DNA of 63,037 nucleotides, counting the filler, from Nemertoderma westbladi (lineage: Eukaryota > Animalia > Xenacoelomorpha), in assembly GCA_032718475.1 (NCBI GenBank). It is 3 parts of 3 records of this genome, joined end to end, with 100 filler letters (N's around TTAATTAATTAA, not from the genome) between each part and the next. Parts side by side here need not be neighbours in the genome. Positions count along the whole stretch, not along the records: positions 49,290 to 63,037 come from JAUCBJ010004105.1; 2 more parts are not named here. One strand, given 5' to 3'. The first letter of the stretch is position 1. Every line of letters starts with the position of its first letter. The position numbers were made by a program, and so were the translations under genes. Under the pieces are notes generated by a model. It had not been told where the DNA came from. It made no database searches and saw only the letters and a program-made list of their open reading frames with translations. Shown one piece after another: positions 62,545 to 63,037 of this stretch.

Positions 62545-63037
62545 CCGTATGCCGTGCCGTGCCGTGCCGTGCCGTGCCGTGCCGTGCCGTGCCGTGCCGT
62601 GCCGTGCCGTGCCGTGCCGTGCCGTGCCGTGCCGTGCCGTGCCGTGCCGTGCCGTGCCGTGCCGTGCCGTGCCGTGCCGTGCCGGGCCGGGCCGGGCCGG
62701 GCCGGGCCGTGCCGTACCGTGCCTTGCCGGGTCGGGTCGGGCCGTACCGTGCCGGGTCGGGCCGTGCCGGGCCGTGCCGTGCCTTGCCGGGCCGGGCCGT
62801 GCCTTGCCGGGTCGGGTCGGGCCGTGCCTTGCCGGGCCGGGTCGGGTCGGGCCGGGCCGTGCCGTGCCGTGCCGTGCCGTGCCGTGCCGGGCCGTGCCGT
62901 ACCGTGCCTTGCCGGGTCGGGTCGGGTCGGGCCGTGCCGTACCGTGCCGGGTCGGGCCGTGCCGTGCCTTGCCGGGCCGGGCCGTGCCTTGCCGGGCCGG
63001 GCCGTGCCGTGCCTTGCCGGGTCGGGCCGTGCCTTGC
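62545..63037. repeat. GC-rich pentamer satellite (GCCGT)n with GCCGG/GTCGG/GCCTT variants
   Basis: Direct inspection; runs off the window edge. Confidence 0.98.

Overview
AT-rich, intron-containing animal (probably marine invertebrate) genomic DNA with two 100-bp scaffold gaps. It is dominated by transposon debris: a BEL/Pao LTR element, RTE and other LINE fragments, P-, piggyBac-, hAT-, Sola- and Helentron-like non-autonomous elements, a tRNA-derived SINE and many minisatellites. Host genes I can reconstruct by hand: (i) a secreted Ig-like-domain gene (+; signal-peptide exon 5463-5514, Ig exon 10078-10554); (ii) a TNIP2/ABIN-like coiled-coil locus (-; about 31390-56483) that appears partly duplicated, with its putative first coding exon split by a LINE; (iii) a head-to-head GOLM1/GOLM2-like type II Golgi protein gene (+; from 57106). 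The most unusual signals are: a ~3-kb non-coding leader of an unclassified element, present in two diverged copies with compensatory base changes in stems and concerted evolution of an internal ~290-bp repeat; a fixed-spacer bipartite motif (CAGGTTWC-N15-17-AACCAAAACAATAAAC) shared by several apparently unrelated MITEs; and a 45-bp array that behaves like coding sequence. No CRISPR, rRNA or true tRNA genes were seen. Family names rest on remembered motifs, not database searches.
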